Shown here piece by piece: positions 17,109 to 25,188 of a stretch of DNA of 26,772 nucleotides (its first letter is position 1; each line of letters opens with the position of its first letter). Source of the stretch: a virus (Duplodnaviria > Caudoviricetes); IMG/VR virus record IMGVR_UViG_3300025112_000152, positions 1 through 26,772 of that record. One strand, written 5' to 3'. The translations under genes and the position numbers were made by a program. The notes beneath the pieces were generated by a model. The model saw only the letters and a program-made list of their open reading frames with translations, searched no databases and was not told the origin of the DNA.

Positions 17109-17740
17109 TAGGTATATTGTTTTCTTAAGAATTCTCTACCATACCCAACCGACTCTAGTAAATTATAAAGTTGTTTTCTCTGTACAGTACTAGTATCCCT
17201 AACAAATAAACAATCGTATATTCCACTATTTAAAAACTCTAACTCAATAATGGTAAGTAACCTTAAAGCGTCCGCTACTGTTTTTAAACTAAAAAGATTA
17301 AATAAATCGTCTTCTTGTATAATAACTTTATTATTTAGAGTAAAAATTTGTTTAAAATCTTTATTGTGTAAATACTTCTCCATGAACACTTCAAAAGATA
17401 TCTTAGACTTTAATTTATGGTCATAGATTTTTTCTTCTTTCCAGTAAGGTAACATTTTTATAAAATTATAATTAGAATCCCCTAAAACTATTTGTTTAGT
17501 TCTTCCTAAAGAATCTTTAACATATAAAGTCTCTTCAGATTTTTCTGTAGTAATAATTGCAAGCTCAAACATTACTTTTTTACGAGAAATATATTCTGTT
17601 ACAAATTTAGGCTTTTTTTCTTCAATAAATTTAGTATATTTCTTTAAAATACTTTTTTTATTGTTGGAAGAAAAAAAGACTTTATTTCTTTCACCAGTTT
17701 TAAATAAAACAATTTTATACCGATTTCTATCGTAAACCAT
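17105..17740 (-). CDS. Hypothetical protein
   Basis: 211 aa minus-strand ORF. The local strand composition flips to T-rich on the plus strand, which supports coding. Confidence 0.75.
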   Translation of the reverse strand: MVYDRNRYKIVLFKTGERNKVFFSSNNKKSILKKYTKFIEEKKPKFVTEYISRKKVMFELAIITTEKSEETLYVKDSLGRTKQIVLGDSNYNFIKMLPYWKEEKIYDHKLKSKISFEVFMEKYLHNKDFKQIFTLNNKVIIQEDDLFNLFSLKTVADALRLLTIIELEFLNSGIYDCLFVRDTSTVQRKQLYNLLESVGYGREFLRKQYTY

Positions 17741-18751
17741 ATGAATAAAGATTATTACAAAACTCTAAATATCAATAGTAACTCATCTACAGATGAGATA
17801 AAAAAGGCATTTAGAAACTTATCTAAAACTCATCATCCAGACAAAGGGGGTGATGAAAATAGATTTAAAGAAATTTCAGAAGCTTATGATACATTGGGTA
17901 ATGAAGAAAAAAGAAGAGAATATGACCATCAAAGAAGTAATCCTTTTCATGGAAGACAACACCATGGAGGAGGACCAAATATGGATGATTTATTTAACCA
18001 ATTTTTTAATAGAGGAGGACAACAACAACAAGTTAAAAAGGGTCGAAATTTAAATATACCTTTAACCGTATCCTTGGAAGATGTATTTTTTGGTCACACT
18101 AAAAAATTAAGATATAGTAGAGAAGTTAAGTGTGGAACTTGTAAGGGTACCGGAGGTAATAGTCATACATGTCATATATGCAAAGGCCACGGACATGTTG
18201 AGAATGTAGTAGGGAATGCATTTTTTAGACAAATTAGAAGGGAAGTTTGCAATCAATGTCAAGGCAGTGGAAAAATAATAGTACAAGCATGTAATGAATG
18301 TGGAGCTAAAGGCACAGTAACGACAGAAAGCACAGTAGACTTTAAATTACCAACTGACTTAATGACAGGCCAATTTTATACATTTAGAAACTTAGGAGAT
18401 GAAATAGAAAATGGGGTAGCAGGAGACCTAGGCATCCAAGTTGTTATAGAACGCCATCCACACTTTACAGTAAGAGATGCTGATATAATATATGAGGTAA
18501 AAATACCTATTTTACAAATGTTAGTAGGAACGCATATACAAATTCCATTTTTCACAGGACCAATAAGTATTAAAATTCCACCATTAAGTGATATTAAAAG
18601 GAATTTTAATGTAAGAGGTAAAGGAATGAGAACGAAACATGGAGTAGGAGATTTAATAATTAGTCCACAAATTGTAATGCCTAAGAAACTTACAACTGAA
18701 GAACAATCAATTTTAAAAAGCTTAGAGAAAAAAGATAATTTTAAAATATAG
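17741..18751 (+). CDS. dnaJ: DnaJ chaperone (class A)
   Basis: J-domain KDYY...HHPDKGG, a G/F-rich segment, four CxxCxGxG-type repeats and a C-terminal domain with GDL motifs. Confidence 0.93.
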   Translation: MNKDYYKTLNINSNSSTDEIKKAFRNLSKTHHPDKGGDENRFKEISEAYDTLGNEEKRREYDHQRSNPFHGRQHHGGGPNMDDLFNQFFNRGGQQQQVKKGRNLNIPLTVSLEDVFFGHTKKLRYSREVKCGTCKGTGGNSHTCHICKGHGHVENVVGNAFFRQIRREVCNQCQGSGKIIVQACNECGAKGTVTTESTVDFKLPTDLMTGQFYTFRNLGDEIENGVAGDLGIQVVIERHPHFTVRDADIIYEVKIPILQMLVGTHIQIPFFTGPISIKIPPLSDIKRNFNVRGKGMRTKHGVGDLIISPQIVMPKKLTTEEQSILKSLEKKDNFKI

Positions 18752-18974
18752 AAATGAGAAATCTAACTATAGTTATATAACCTATAATTAATGGAAACCA
18801 GCACAAGATAAGGAGAATTAACCGCTCACTCATCTTAAGTTTACCCCCAGTTTTATCCCATACGTTTTTAATAAGTCGCTCTTTATTTTTCTCACTATCG
18901 AAAACAGGGGGATTTGACAACAGGTGATTTAAAGTTTCCATTGATTTAGCAGATTTACAATTTTTACAGGCCAT
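18741..18974 (-). CDS. Small protein with an N-terminal CxxC and a C-terminal TM segment
   Basis: MACKNCK...LILLILCWFPLIIGYITIVRFLISIF. ATATTTAT box on the minus strand at 18990-18997. Confidence 0.65.
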   Translation of the reverse strand: MACKNCKSAKSMETLNHLLSNPPVFDSEKNKERLIKNVWDKTGGKLKMSERLILLILCWFPLIIGYITIVRFLISIF

Positions 18975-19021
18975 AGTTTTTCTTTAAGCATAAATATATG
19001 GGGGATAGAAGTCAACAAAAC

Positions 19022-19056
19022 TTGAAATAACACATAAATATTTTTATTATTATAAC
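19022..19056 (+). promoter_or_regulatory. Putative TTG-N20-TAnnnTT promoter abutting the ATG
   Basis: TTGAAA at 19022, TATTATTA at 19045 and ATG at 19057 (35-nt spacing, as at 2515, 5478 and 15720). Confidence 0.45.
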
Positions 19057-20232
19057 ATGAACACACAAATGACATTATTTGACAATATAAAAGAACAAGG
19101 GACCTTCAATTTTGACGAGGCAAAACAAAAACTCATCGATAATTTAGACATGCTTAAAGAAATGTCTGTAGAAGAACAAACACTTTATAAAAAGTGGCAA
19201 GAAATGAATAAGGGTGGTAAGATGGCCAAGATAAAGAACAAATTATACACATACCGATATAATCTATGGTTACCATCAGATTTAGATAATTTAGAAAAGA
19301 CTATAAAACAAATTGAAGACTTAGAGCCTTATGTAGAACTAGCAGAACCAGGAAAAGGTGTTACTGAATGGGTAAACTATCGTAAACTTATCCATACAAT
19401 GGAATGGGTTGCAAATCCGGGAAGAAATATGAAATTCTGGGTTAGAGATAGGAAAACGGATAAAGTCCTAGGATTGATTTGTTTGGGGTCTGACGTTACC
19501 AGTATTAAAGTAAGAGATGCCTATATAGGGTGGGATAAAGTTAATAAATTCGACCAACATAAATTAAATTGTACAGCAATTGCTACCACTATATGTAGTA
19601 CACAACCAGGTGGTTATAATATGTTAATGGGTAAATTAATTGCTGCATTAACTACATGTAAGGTTATTAGAGATGCATGGGAAGAAAAATATGGAGATAA
19701 ATTAATTGCAGTAGGAACCACATCATTATATGGAGTACACTCAATGTACAACGGAATGCCTCATTTTAAAACACTTGGAGAGACTACAGGGCAAGTTAGA
19801 TTAAAACCAGATGATGAGGTTTATTTACCCTGGAATACTTGGTTAAAAGAAAACCATCCAGAAGAACATAAGAAAGCAATAAACGCTACAGGGCCTAAAC
19901 AGAATGTCATTAACAAGGTTTTTAAGCATTGTGGTATAAAACCTTCACAATATGACCACGGGTTCAAGAGAGGGGTTTATATTGCAATGATGTATGAAAA
20001 TGGTAATGAATTCTTGAGAGGGGAGATAGAAGAAAAAGCTTTAAAATTAAAACAAAAATTTGAAGAAGACGTACCATATACTGAAAGATGGTGGAAGAAA
20101 AAAGCGGTTAGAAGATATAAAAATATGTATGACCAAGACAGAATTAAACCAGAACAATTATTTTATTGGGATGTAATTGATTTATCTTGGGAGGATACAC
20201 AAGAGAAATATATAAAAGAGGTTGGAAGATGA
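19057..20232 (+). CDS. DUF4338 / Druantia DruA-like protein
   Basis: PGRNMKFWVRD, LGLICLGSDV...RDAYIGW, QPGGYNMLMGKLIAAL, TTSLYG.HSMYNG and LGETTG. Confidence 0.75.
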   Translation: MNTQMTLFDNIKEQGTFNFDEAKQKLIDNLDMLKEMSVEEQTLYKKWQEMNKGGKMAKIKNKLYTYRYNLWLPSDLDNLEKTIKQIEDLEPYVELAEPGKGVTEWVNYRKLIHTMEWVANPGRNMKFWVRDRKTDKVLGLICLGSDVTSIKVRDAYIGWDKVNKFDQHKLNCTAIATTICSTQPGGYNMLMGKLIAALTTCKVIRDAWEEKYGDKLIAVGTTSLYGVHSMYNGMPHFKTLGETTGQVRLKPDDEVYLPWNTWLKENHPEEHKKAINATGPKQNVINKVFKHCGIKPSQYDHGFKRGVYIAMMYENGNEFLRGEIEEKALKLKQKFEEDVPYTERWWKKKAVRRYKNMYDQDRIKPEQLFYWDVIDLSWEDTQEKYIKEVGR

Positions 20233-20447
20233 TTGAGAAAACATTACTAATATCTTTATTTATTGTAGAAATCATAGCTTTTGCCTGGTTAATTTTGGAA
20301 GCAAAATCATCAAGAAAACAAAGAGAGATTATACTAGAGGTAGAGAAACAAATCTTAAACCTAGAAAAAACAATAATATCCATGGAGAAAACCCTAATTA
20401 AGAAGGTAAATAAAATAAATGAAGGATTAATAAAAACAAAAAAATAA
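20229..20447 (+). CDS. Small single-TM coiled-coil protein
   Basis: Start reassigned to ATG 20229 (ATGA overlap). TM segment LLISLFIVEIIAFAWLIL. Confidence 0.6.
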   Translation: MIEKTLLISLFIVEIIAFAWLILEAKSSRKQREIILEVEKQILNLEKTIISMEKTLIKKVNKINEGLIKTKK

Positions 20448-20448
20448 T

Positions 20449-21825
20449 ATGAAAGATAGTAATATAGATTCGGATTGGGGAGTAATAGAATCAAATGAAT
20501 TTAAAACGAACCCAACCCCCAATAAGAGGGTGTGGACCGTAGACAATTTTTACGAAAACCCAGATGAGGTTAGAAATTATGCGTTAAATCAAAACTATTG
20601 GGAGGATGGACATGGTGGTGTTGGTTGGAGAACTAGAAAACAATTTATATTTGATGGTGTAAAAGAAAAAATTGAATCTATAATGGGTGCCAAAATTACA
20701 AATTGGGCTGATGTTTATTCTATTTGTGGAGTATTTCAAGCTGGGTTTGGAGGAAGAGATGGTATACCACCCCAAGTCTATCATTGTGATGCCCAACAGT
20801 GGGCTGCTATGGTATTTTTAACACCAGACGCCCCTTTTGAAACAGGGACTAAAATTGTCGCAAATAAAAAATCAAAAATATATCATTCATCCCAAAGCGA
20901 CAATGTCTTAGATTATTTCCCCCAACAGGAAACTTTTTGTGATGGGACCTTATATGAAGATATTGATGTGATGGGTAATGTATACAATAGAATGGTTATT
21001 TTTGATGGTCGTGCTATCCACAGTTCATGTGGGTATTTTGGACATAGTATAGCTACAGGTAGGTTATGGCACATGTTCTTTTTTGATGCAGATATTAATA
21101 AAAATAATACTACACATGACACACCACCAAGTAAGATAGAAGCAGAAATACCTTCTAATTCTGAATTTGAAGGTGGTAATTGGGGAGAAATTTTACCTTA
21201 CATAGGTAAGGATTACACAACCGCTGTTGAAACTGGTACATATTTAGGTGATACTACAAAATTTCTAATAAGACATTTTAATAAGGTTCATACTATAGAA
21301 TTAGATGAAGGGTTATTTAAAGTTGCGGAAAGAAGATTTAAAAATAATAAAAATGTGGTATGTCATTTAGGAGATAGTTCTAAGATTTTAGATGGTGGTT
21401 TAATTCGTGAGTTAAATTTATCTATAGAAGATAAAAAAGTATTTTTTTTCTTGGATGCTCATTGGAGTGGAGATGATAATGTTGATTGGGAAAATTCAGA
21501 ATGGAAAGGAGGGTGGAGTTATGCGAGGGGAAAAAATACAGCCCACAGAGGAGATGGTTTAATTCCTAACGCTGTTGAACAAGTTCCTTTAGAAGAAGAA
21601 ATAATGCATATTTATAATAATTTTAAAAATGAATGTTTAATATGTGTTGATGATTGGGATAAGATTGGAAAAGATGGTTTTGGGAAAATTAATGAGAAAT
21701 TTATAGGAGAAGATTGGTCCAATATTAATTTTAATCATATCAAAAAACAGATTAACGATAGGTTAATTGAAGAACCTTTTGAAATTGGTAATAATAAATT
21801 ATTAATAAAATTAAAGAAAATTTAA
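20449..21825 (+). CDS. Fusion of a 2OG-Fe(II) oxygenase-like domain (DUF6445-like) and a class I SAM-dependent methyltransferase-like domain
   Basis: N-terminal half: VDNFYENPDEVR, HCD...H...R (YHCD, IHSS, GRLWHMFFF). P/T/N-rich linker. C-terminal half: VETGTYLGDT, HTIELD, GDSS, FFLDAHWSG and VDD. Confidence 0.75.
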   Translation: MKDSNIDSDWGVIESNEFKTNPTPNKRVWTVDNFYENPDEVRNYALNQNYWEDGHGGVGWRTRKQFIFDGVKEKIESIMGAKITNWADVYSICGVFQAGFGGRDGIPPQVYHCDAQQWAAMVFLTPDAPFETGTKIVANKKSKIYHSSQSDNVLDYFPQQETFCDGTLYEDIDVMGNVYNRMVIFDGRAIHSSCGYFGHSIATGRLWHMFFFDADINKNNTTHDTPPSKIEAEIPSNSEFEGGNWGEILPYIGKDYTTAVETGTYLGDTTKFLIRHFNKVHTIELDEGLFKVAERRFKNNKNVVCHLGDSSKILDGGLIRELNLSIEDKKVFFFLDAHWSGDDNVDWENSEWKGGWSYARGKNTAHRGDGLIPNAVEQVPLEEEIMHIYNNFKNECLICVDDWDKIGKDGFGKINEKFIGEDWSNINFNHIKKQINDRLIEEPFEIGNNKLLIKLKKI

Positions 21826-21836
21826 ATAAAAATAAT

Positions 21837-22208
21837 ATGAGTAAAATTAAAAAAAGAACATTAAACGAACTAAGACAAGTTAAAGAATATGGAGCGGGAA
21901 CAGCATACACATCTAGTAGTGTCTCGAACACAACAGACTACCCAAGAACTTTAAGTATTGAAAAGATTAAATCTTTGGTCGATACAATACCAAACGATAT
22001 GGAGTTAGGTGAAAAAGTTAGAATGTTATTTTTCACCAACCCAAAAAGAAATGTTAAAGAAGATACTAATATATTTGGTAAAATTTCTGGGGATAACTAC
22101 AAGTACTTAATAGAAAGTTACCAAACTAAAAAAGGAGAAGAATTTAACAGTTGGTATGGTGGGTTAACAAGTGAAGAAAAGATTTTCATAACTAGCATGT
22201 TTGATTAA
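21837..22208 (+). CDS. Hypothetical protein
   Basis: 123 aa ORF containing IPNDMELGEKVR. Confidence 0.7.
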   Translation: MSKIKKRTLNELRQVKEYGAGTAYTSSSVSNTTDYPRTLSIEKIKSLVDTIPNDMELGEKVRMLFFTNPKRNVKEDTNIFGKISGDNYKYLIESYQTKKGEEFNSWYGGLTSEEKIFITSMFD

Positions 22209-22227
22209 AAAAAAATTTGTACATTTG
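22200..22227 (+). promoter_or_regulatory. Bacteroidota-type promoter
   Basis: TTTG at 22200 and TACATTTG (TAnnTTTG) at 22220-22227, 4 nt before the ATG at 22232. The spacer is shorter than at the other sites. Confidence 0.55.
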
Positions 22228-22231
22228 TATT

Positions 22232-22480
22232 ATGGAAACAAAAGAAAATTCAAACTGGGACACATATGACTTCCAAGACTGGGTGGTAAGAAATGTACAC
22301 CTAATCCTGTCCGGTAAACAACTAGAATTATTTATTAAAAATAATTTTAGGTATGAAGACTTAAAACTTTTTGGTAAGACGGAAGAAGCAGAAAACCTAA
22401 AAAATGACTATCAATCAAAAGCAGTTGCACAAGTACTTACAGGTGGGTCACTGAATATTAATTGGACGAGTATTAACTAA
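22232..22480 (+). CDS. Small hypothetical protein
   Basis: Start reassigned to ATG 22232 (METKENSNW), just after the -7 element. Confidence 0.65.
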   Translation: METKENSNWDTYDFQDWVVRNVHLILSGKQLELFIKNNFRYEDLKLFGKTEEAENLKNDYQSKAVAQVLTGGSLNINWTSIN

Positions 22481-22499
22481 TAAAAAATAAATTAAAATT

Positions 22500-22784
22500 A
22501 TGGGAAGTAAAACAATGATGGAAAAAAGAGGACACCATATTTGTAAAATGGTGAATTATGAAGTAAGACAAAAAATTACACAATCTATTAGTAAGAGATG
22601 GCAGGGAAAGGTGACTACTACACCTAGTACTTTTGAAGTAATGATTTATAAAGGAAAGAAAAAGATTGAAGGAGACTTGAAAGATGTTAAAGTAGCAGCA
22701 CAAAAAATTTATGATATTCTTAAAAAAGAAAATAAAACATCTTATGTACCCAAAAGAAATATTAAAAAATATAATTTAAGCTGA
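22500..22784 (+). CDS. Small basic hypothetical protein
   Basis: 94 aa ORF with an A-rich translation-initiation region. Confidence 0.65.
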   Translation: MGSKTMMEKRGHHICKMVNYEVRQKITQSISKRWQGKVTTTPSTFEVMIYKGKKKIEGDLKDVKVAAQKIYDILKKENKTSYVPKRNIKKYNLS

Positions 22785-22797
22785 TATTTATAAATAT
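22784..22797. promoter_or_regulatory. ATATTTAT box within the perfect palindrome ATATTTATAAATAT
   Basis: The palindrome spans the TGA of one gene and the ATG (22796) of the next. Confidence 0.5.
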
Positions 22798-23122
22798 GGA
22801 TATCGACATTCAGATTTATGTAAAAAAACTTAAAGATTTCTTTAAGAAAGATAAAGAGGCAAGGAAAGATATGTTCGGTACCAATAAGGTAGATATGAGT
22901 AAATTTTATTTTATGGTAGCGGAACAAGCAGTTATTAATCATAAAAAAATAGGAGACCCCACATTATCCCCACCACAATTAATGGAGATAATGGCTGAAT
23001 TAGTAATTAGAGATGTAGTTGAAGAATTAGACCTTCATACAAGATTATATTTACAAGACGGAGATATTTCTAAAGTTTTCTATAAACCCATAAAAGGATT
23101 CCCTCCTTTCTGTCGTAATTAA
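22796..23122 (+). CDS. Hypothetical protein
   Basis: 108 aa ORF. Confidence 0.7.
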   Translation: MDIDIQIYVKKLKDFFKKDKEARKDMFGTNKVDMSKFYFMVAEQAVINHKKIGDPTLSPPQLMEIMAELVIRDVVEELDLHTRLYLQDGDISKVFYKPIKGFPPFCRN

Positions 23123-23137
23123 ATTTCCCTTCACATC

Positions 23138-23168
23138 TTGACAATATTTTTACTATTAATTAACTTTA
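23138..23168 (+). promoter_or_regulatory. Putative TTG-N20-TAnnTTT promoter abutting the ATG
   Basis: TTGACA at 23138, TAACTTTA at 23161 and ATG at 23172. Confidence 0.55.
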
Positions 23169-23171
23169 AGT

Positions 23172-23507
23172 ATGAGTAAAGACATAACTAATACTGAAAG
23201 AATAGCAAATGAATTATTACTAGAAAAGTATAGGCCACTAATGATAGTTAAATTATCCAAATCGACGACCTTAAGAATTGGGGGAGACGTAGAAAAATTT
23301 GCCTTAGATATTAGTGATAAGAGTGGTTATGAAGTTTTGATATTTCCCGAGGAAGATAAAACGGAAATAGAAATAGTAAGTGTATGTAATAGTAATTTTG
23401 TAGAGGTAGAAGAAATTAAAAATTATATATATGAAAAATATGAGAATAAACTTTTACATAACTCACCATATAAAAAAGTTAAAGATTTTATAAATAAAAA
23501 GAAATGA
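23172..23507 (+). CDS. Hypothetical protein
   Basis: 111 aa ORF with ATGA coupling to the next gene. Confidence 0.7.
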   Translation: MSKDITNTERIANELLLEKYRPLMIVKLSKSTTLRIGGDVEKFALDISDKSGYEVLIFPEEDKTEIEIVSVCNSNFVEVEEIKNYIYEKYENKLLHNSPYKKVKDFINKKK

Positions 23508-23890
23508 AAAAAAATAAACAAATGGTAAATCCAGCTGTTAACTCTGTACCTGGTTACGATATACCCACACACGACCCACAAACAGGAGAACAAAATCCGT
23601 ATTATGAAGAGTTAACGGGACATAAACACCCAACACAAGAAGAAGTTATAGAATTTAATAGAAAAGAATCTAGAAAAAATGAAATGGTGGACCATCCAAC
23701 TCATTACGGTGGAGAAGACAACCCATATGAGGCTATTAAAGTTATAGAAGCATGGAAGTTGGGGTTTAATTTAGGTAACACAATAAAATATGTATCTCGA
23801 GCTGGAAATAAGGTAGATATGTTAGAAGACTTGGAAAAAGCAAGTTGGTATATAAACAGAGAAATAAATAAATTAAAAAATGAAAGGTAA
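23504..23890 (+). CDS. DUF3310 protein (T7 gp1.7-like, putative nucleotide kinase) with an N-terminal extension
   Basis: VDHPTHY...EAIKVIE...[16 protein letters not shown]...EDLEKASWY. Confidence 0.8.
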   Translation: MKKNKQMVNPAVNSVPGYDIPTHDPQTGEQNPYYEELTGHKHPTQEEVIEFNRKESRKNEMVDHPTHYGGEDNPYEAIKVIEAWKLGFNLGNTIKYVSRAGNKVDMLEDLEKASWYINREINKLKNER

Positions 23891-24308
23891 AATTAACACA
23901 AATAAAGGAACTATGGTGGTAGAGTTCTATGAAAAAGACGCACCCAATACAGTAAATAATTTTGTTAAATTAGCAAAAGATGGTTTTTATAAAGACCTTA
24001 ATTTCCATAGAGTAATCCCTGGCTTCGTAGCTCAAGGTGGTTGTCCTGATGGAAATGGAGCCGGAGGTCCGGGATATAAAATTGATTGTGAATTAGATGG
24101 TAGCAACCAATACCACGATAAAGGTGTCCTATCTATGGCTCATGCTGGTAGAAATACAGGAGGTTCACAATTCTTCCTTTGTCATAGCAGACAAGGGACA
24201 CAACATTTAGATAAACAACATACATGTTTTGGTAAAGTAACAGAAGGGTTAGAGATTGTAGAAAAAATTCAACAAGGAGACAAATTTAGTGTAGAAATAG
24301 TGGACTAA
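23880..24308 (+). CDS. Cyclophilin-type peptidyl-prolyl cis-trans isomerase
   Basis: [37 protein letters not shown] and [12 protein letters not shown]. Confidence 0.95.
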   Translation: MKGKINTNKGTMVVEFYEKDAPNTVNNFVKLAKDGFYKDLNFHRVIPGFVAQGGCPDGNGAGGPGYKIDCELDGSNQYHDKGVLSMAHAGRNTGGSQFFLCHSRQGTQHLDKQHTCFGKVTEGLEIVEKIQQGDKFSVEIVD

Positions 24309-24490
24309 TGATTAAACACTTAAAAGATAAAAATATTGGATATTGGAAACACTGGTTGATTGCAACAAAATGTGGACTAGCATTATTGATTCACGCATGG
24401 TTGCCATTTATATTTGAAGATTATACAAGCAAAAAGATTTGTAAAGGTGATGATAAAAAGGGAAACGAATTTTTGTTTTGGGATAAATAG
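24308..24490 (+). CDS. Small protein, DUF6356-like
   Basis: HL...GYWKHW...LLIHAWLPFIFE pattern. TAATG coupling. Confidence 0.55.
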   Translation: MIKHLKDKNIGYWKHWLIATKCGLALLIHAWLPFIFEDYTSKKICKGDDKKGNEFLFWDK

Positions 24491-24562
24491 ATGATTAATA
24501 AAACTAATGGAATTAACATATTATGTGATAGAGGAGAAAGATATCTTAGTTGTCTAGAATAA
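24491..24562 (+). pseudogene. 23-codon ORF resembling the extreme C-terminus of cysteine synthase (CysK/CysM)
   Basis: MINKTNGINILCDRGERYLSCLE. ILCDRGERYLS matches the conserved D-x-G-[ED]-R-Y-L-S terminus. Confidence 0.5.
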
Positions 24563-24595
24563 GAGAGTACGGTATGTAGGAAGTCGTTTATGATT

Positions 24596-24603
24596 ATATT
24601 TAT
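24596..24603 (+). promoter_or_regulatory. ATATTTAT box (putative late promoter)
   Basis: Exact motif 16 nt before the ATG at 24620. Confidence 0.55.
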
Positions 24604-24619
24604 TGTAAACGACTTTTTT

Positions 24620-25177
24620 ATGCGTATAATAATTACAGAAACACAACTAGAACTACTTTCAGAACAATTGGATATATCACAGTTTAAGAAGGCATCGGAG
24701 CTAAGAGCCTCACAATGGTACTGGGACCATGTTAGAGATGAGGAAAGTTTAAAATGTAAAGCTTATGATATTGGTGATGGTAAATGGACAATTGGTTATG
24801 GGCATACTGAAGGGGTTAAAAAAGATGATATTTTAGGAGATGGTAAAAATTGTAAAATTGAAGCGGATGAGTTATTAAGAGAAGATTCTACTTATCATGC
24901 TGATAAATTAAGAAAGATTTTTAGTGTGTGGGAAGACGAAGGTCTAAATATATTAATAACACAAGGTATGTTTGATGCCTTATTATCCTTATCTTATAAT
25001 GGTGGAGCAGGTGGCATAAGAAGGTCAGATGTAATAGCTTTATTAAAAAAGTCACAAACTATTGATAGAAATAAACTATATAAAGCCGCAGAAAGTATTA
25101 AAACATATAGAGTTAGTATGCCAGGTCATAAACCTAGAAGGGAATTAGAATACAAAAGATTTATAGAAGGATTGTAA
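24620..25177 (+). CDS. GH24 phage lysozyme (muramidase) with an N-terminal ITExQ-type peptide
   Basis: EESLKCKAYD...WTIGYGHT (E...D...T triad), TQGMFDALLSLSYNGG and RRELE. Start reassigned to ATG 24620 (MRIIITETQLELLSEQ). Confidence 0.88.
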   Translation: MRIIITETQLELLSEQLDISQFKKASELRASQWYWDHVRDEESLKCKAYDIGDGKWTIGYGHTEGVKKDDILGDGKNCKIEADELLREDSTYHADKLRKIFSVWEDEGLNILITQGMFDALLSLSYNGGAGGIRRSDVIALLKKSQTIDRNKLYKAAESIKTYRVSMPGHKPRRELEYKRFIEGL

Positions 25178-25179
25178 AC

Positions 25180-25186
25180 TATTTAT
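25180..25186 (+). promoter_or_regulatory. TATTTAT box (putative late promoter)
   Basis: CTATTTATAT in the 11-nt gap before ATG 25189/25192. Confidence 0.5.
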
Positions 25187-25188
25187 AT

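Noticed and set aside
17850-18053. Alternative-frame 67 aa ORF inside dnaJ
   Set aside because: Fully nested in a conserved J-domain coding region, with no independent signal.
19057-20232. Complete Druantia defence system
   Set aside because: Only the DruA-like gene is present. No DruE helicase or other Dru-sized partners are recognisable in the window.
11532-21615. Intragenic ATATTTAT copies at 11532 and 21608 as promoters
   Set aside because: They are more than 200 nt from any start and are expected by chance in AT-rich DNA, so they were not counted.
22205-22216. Poly-A run as a phase-variation tract in a promoter spacer
   Set aside because: A-runs of similar length are frequent throughout this genome. 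There is no evidence of length variation without reads.
67-22942. Numerous minus-strand ORFs in the track (e.g. 1873-2157, 2792-3163, 6121-6450, 7375-7863, 10794-11255, 15893-16237, 20144-20494)
   Set aside because: They lie antisense to well-supported plus-strand genes and have the F/L/S/I-rich composition expected from the mirror of A-rich codons.
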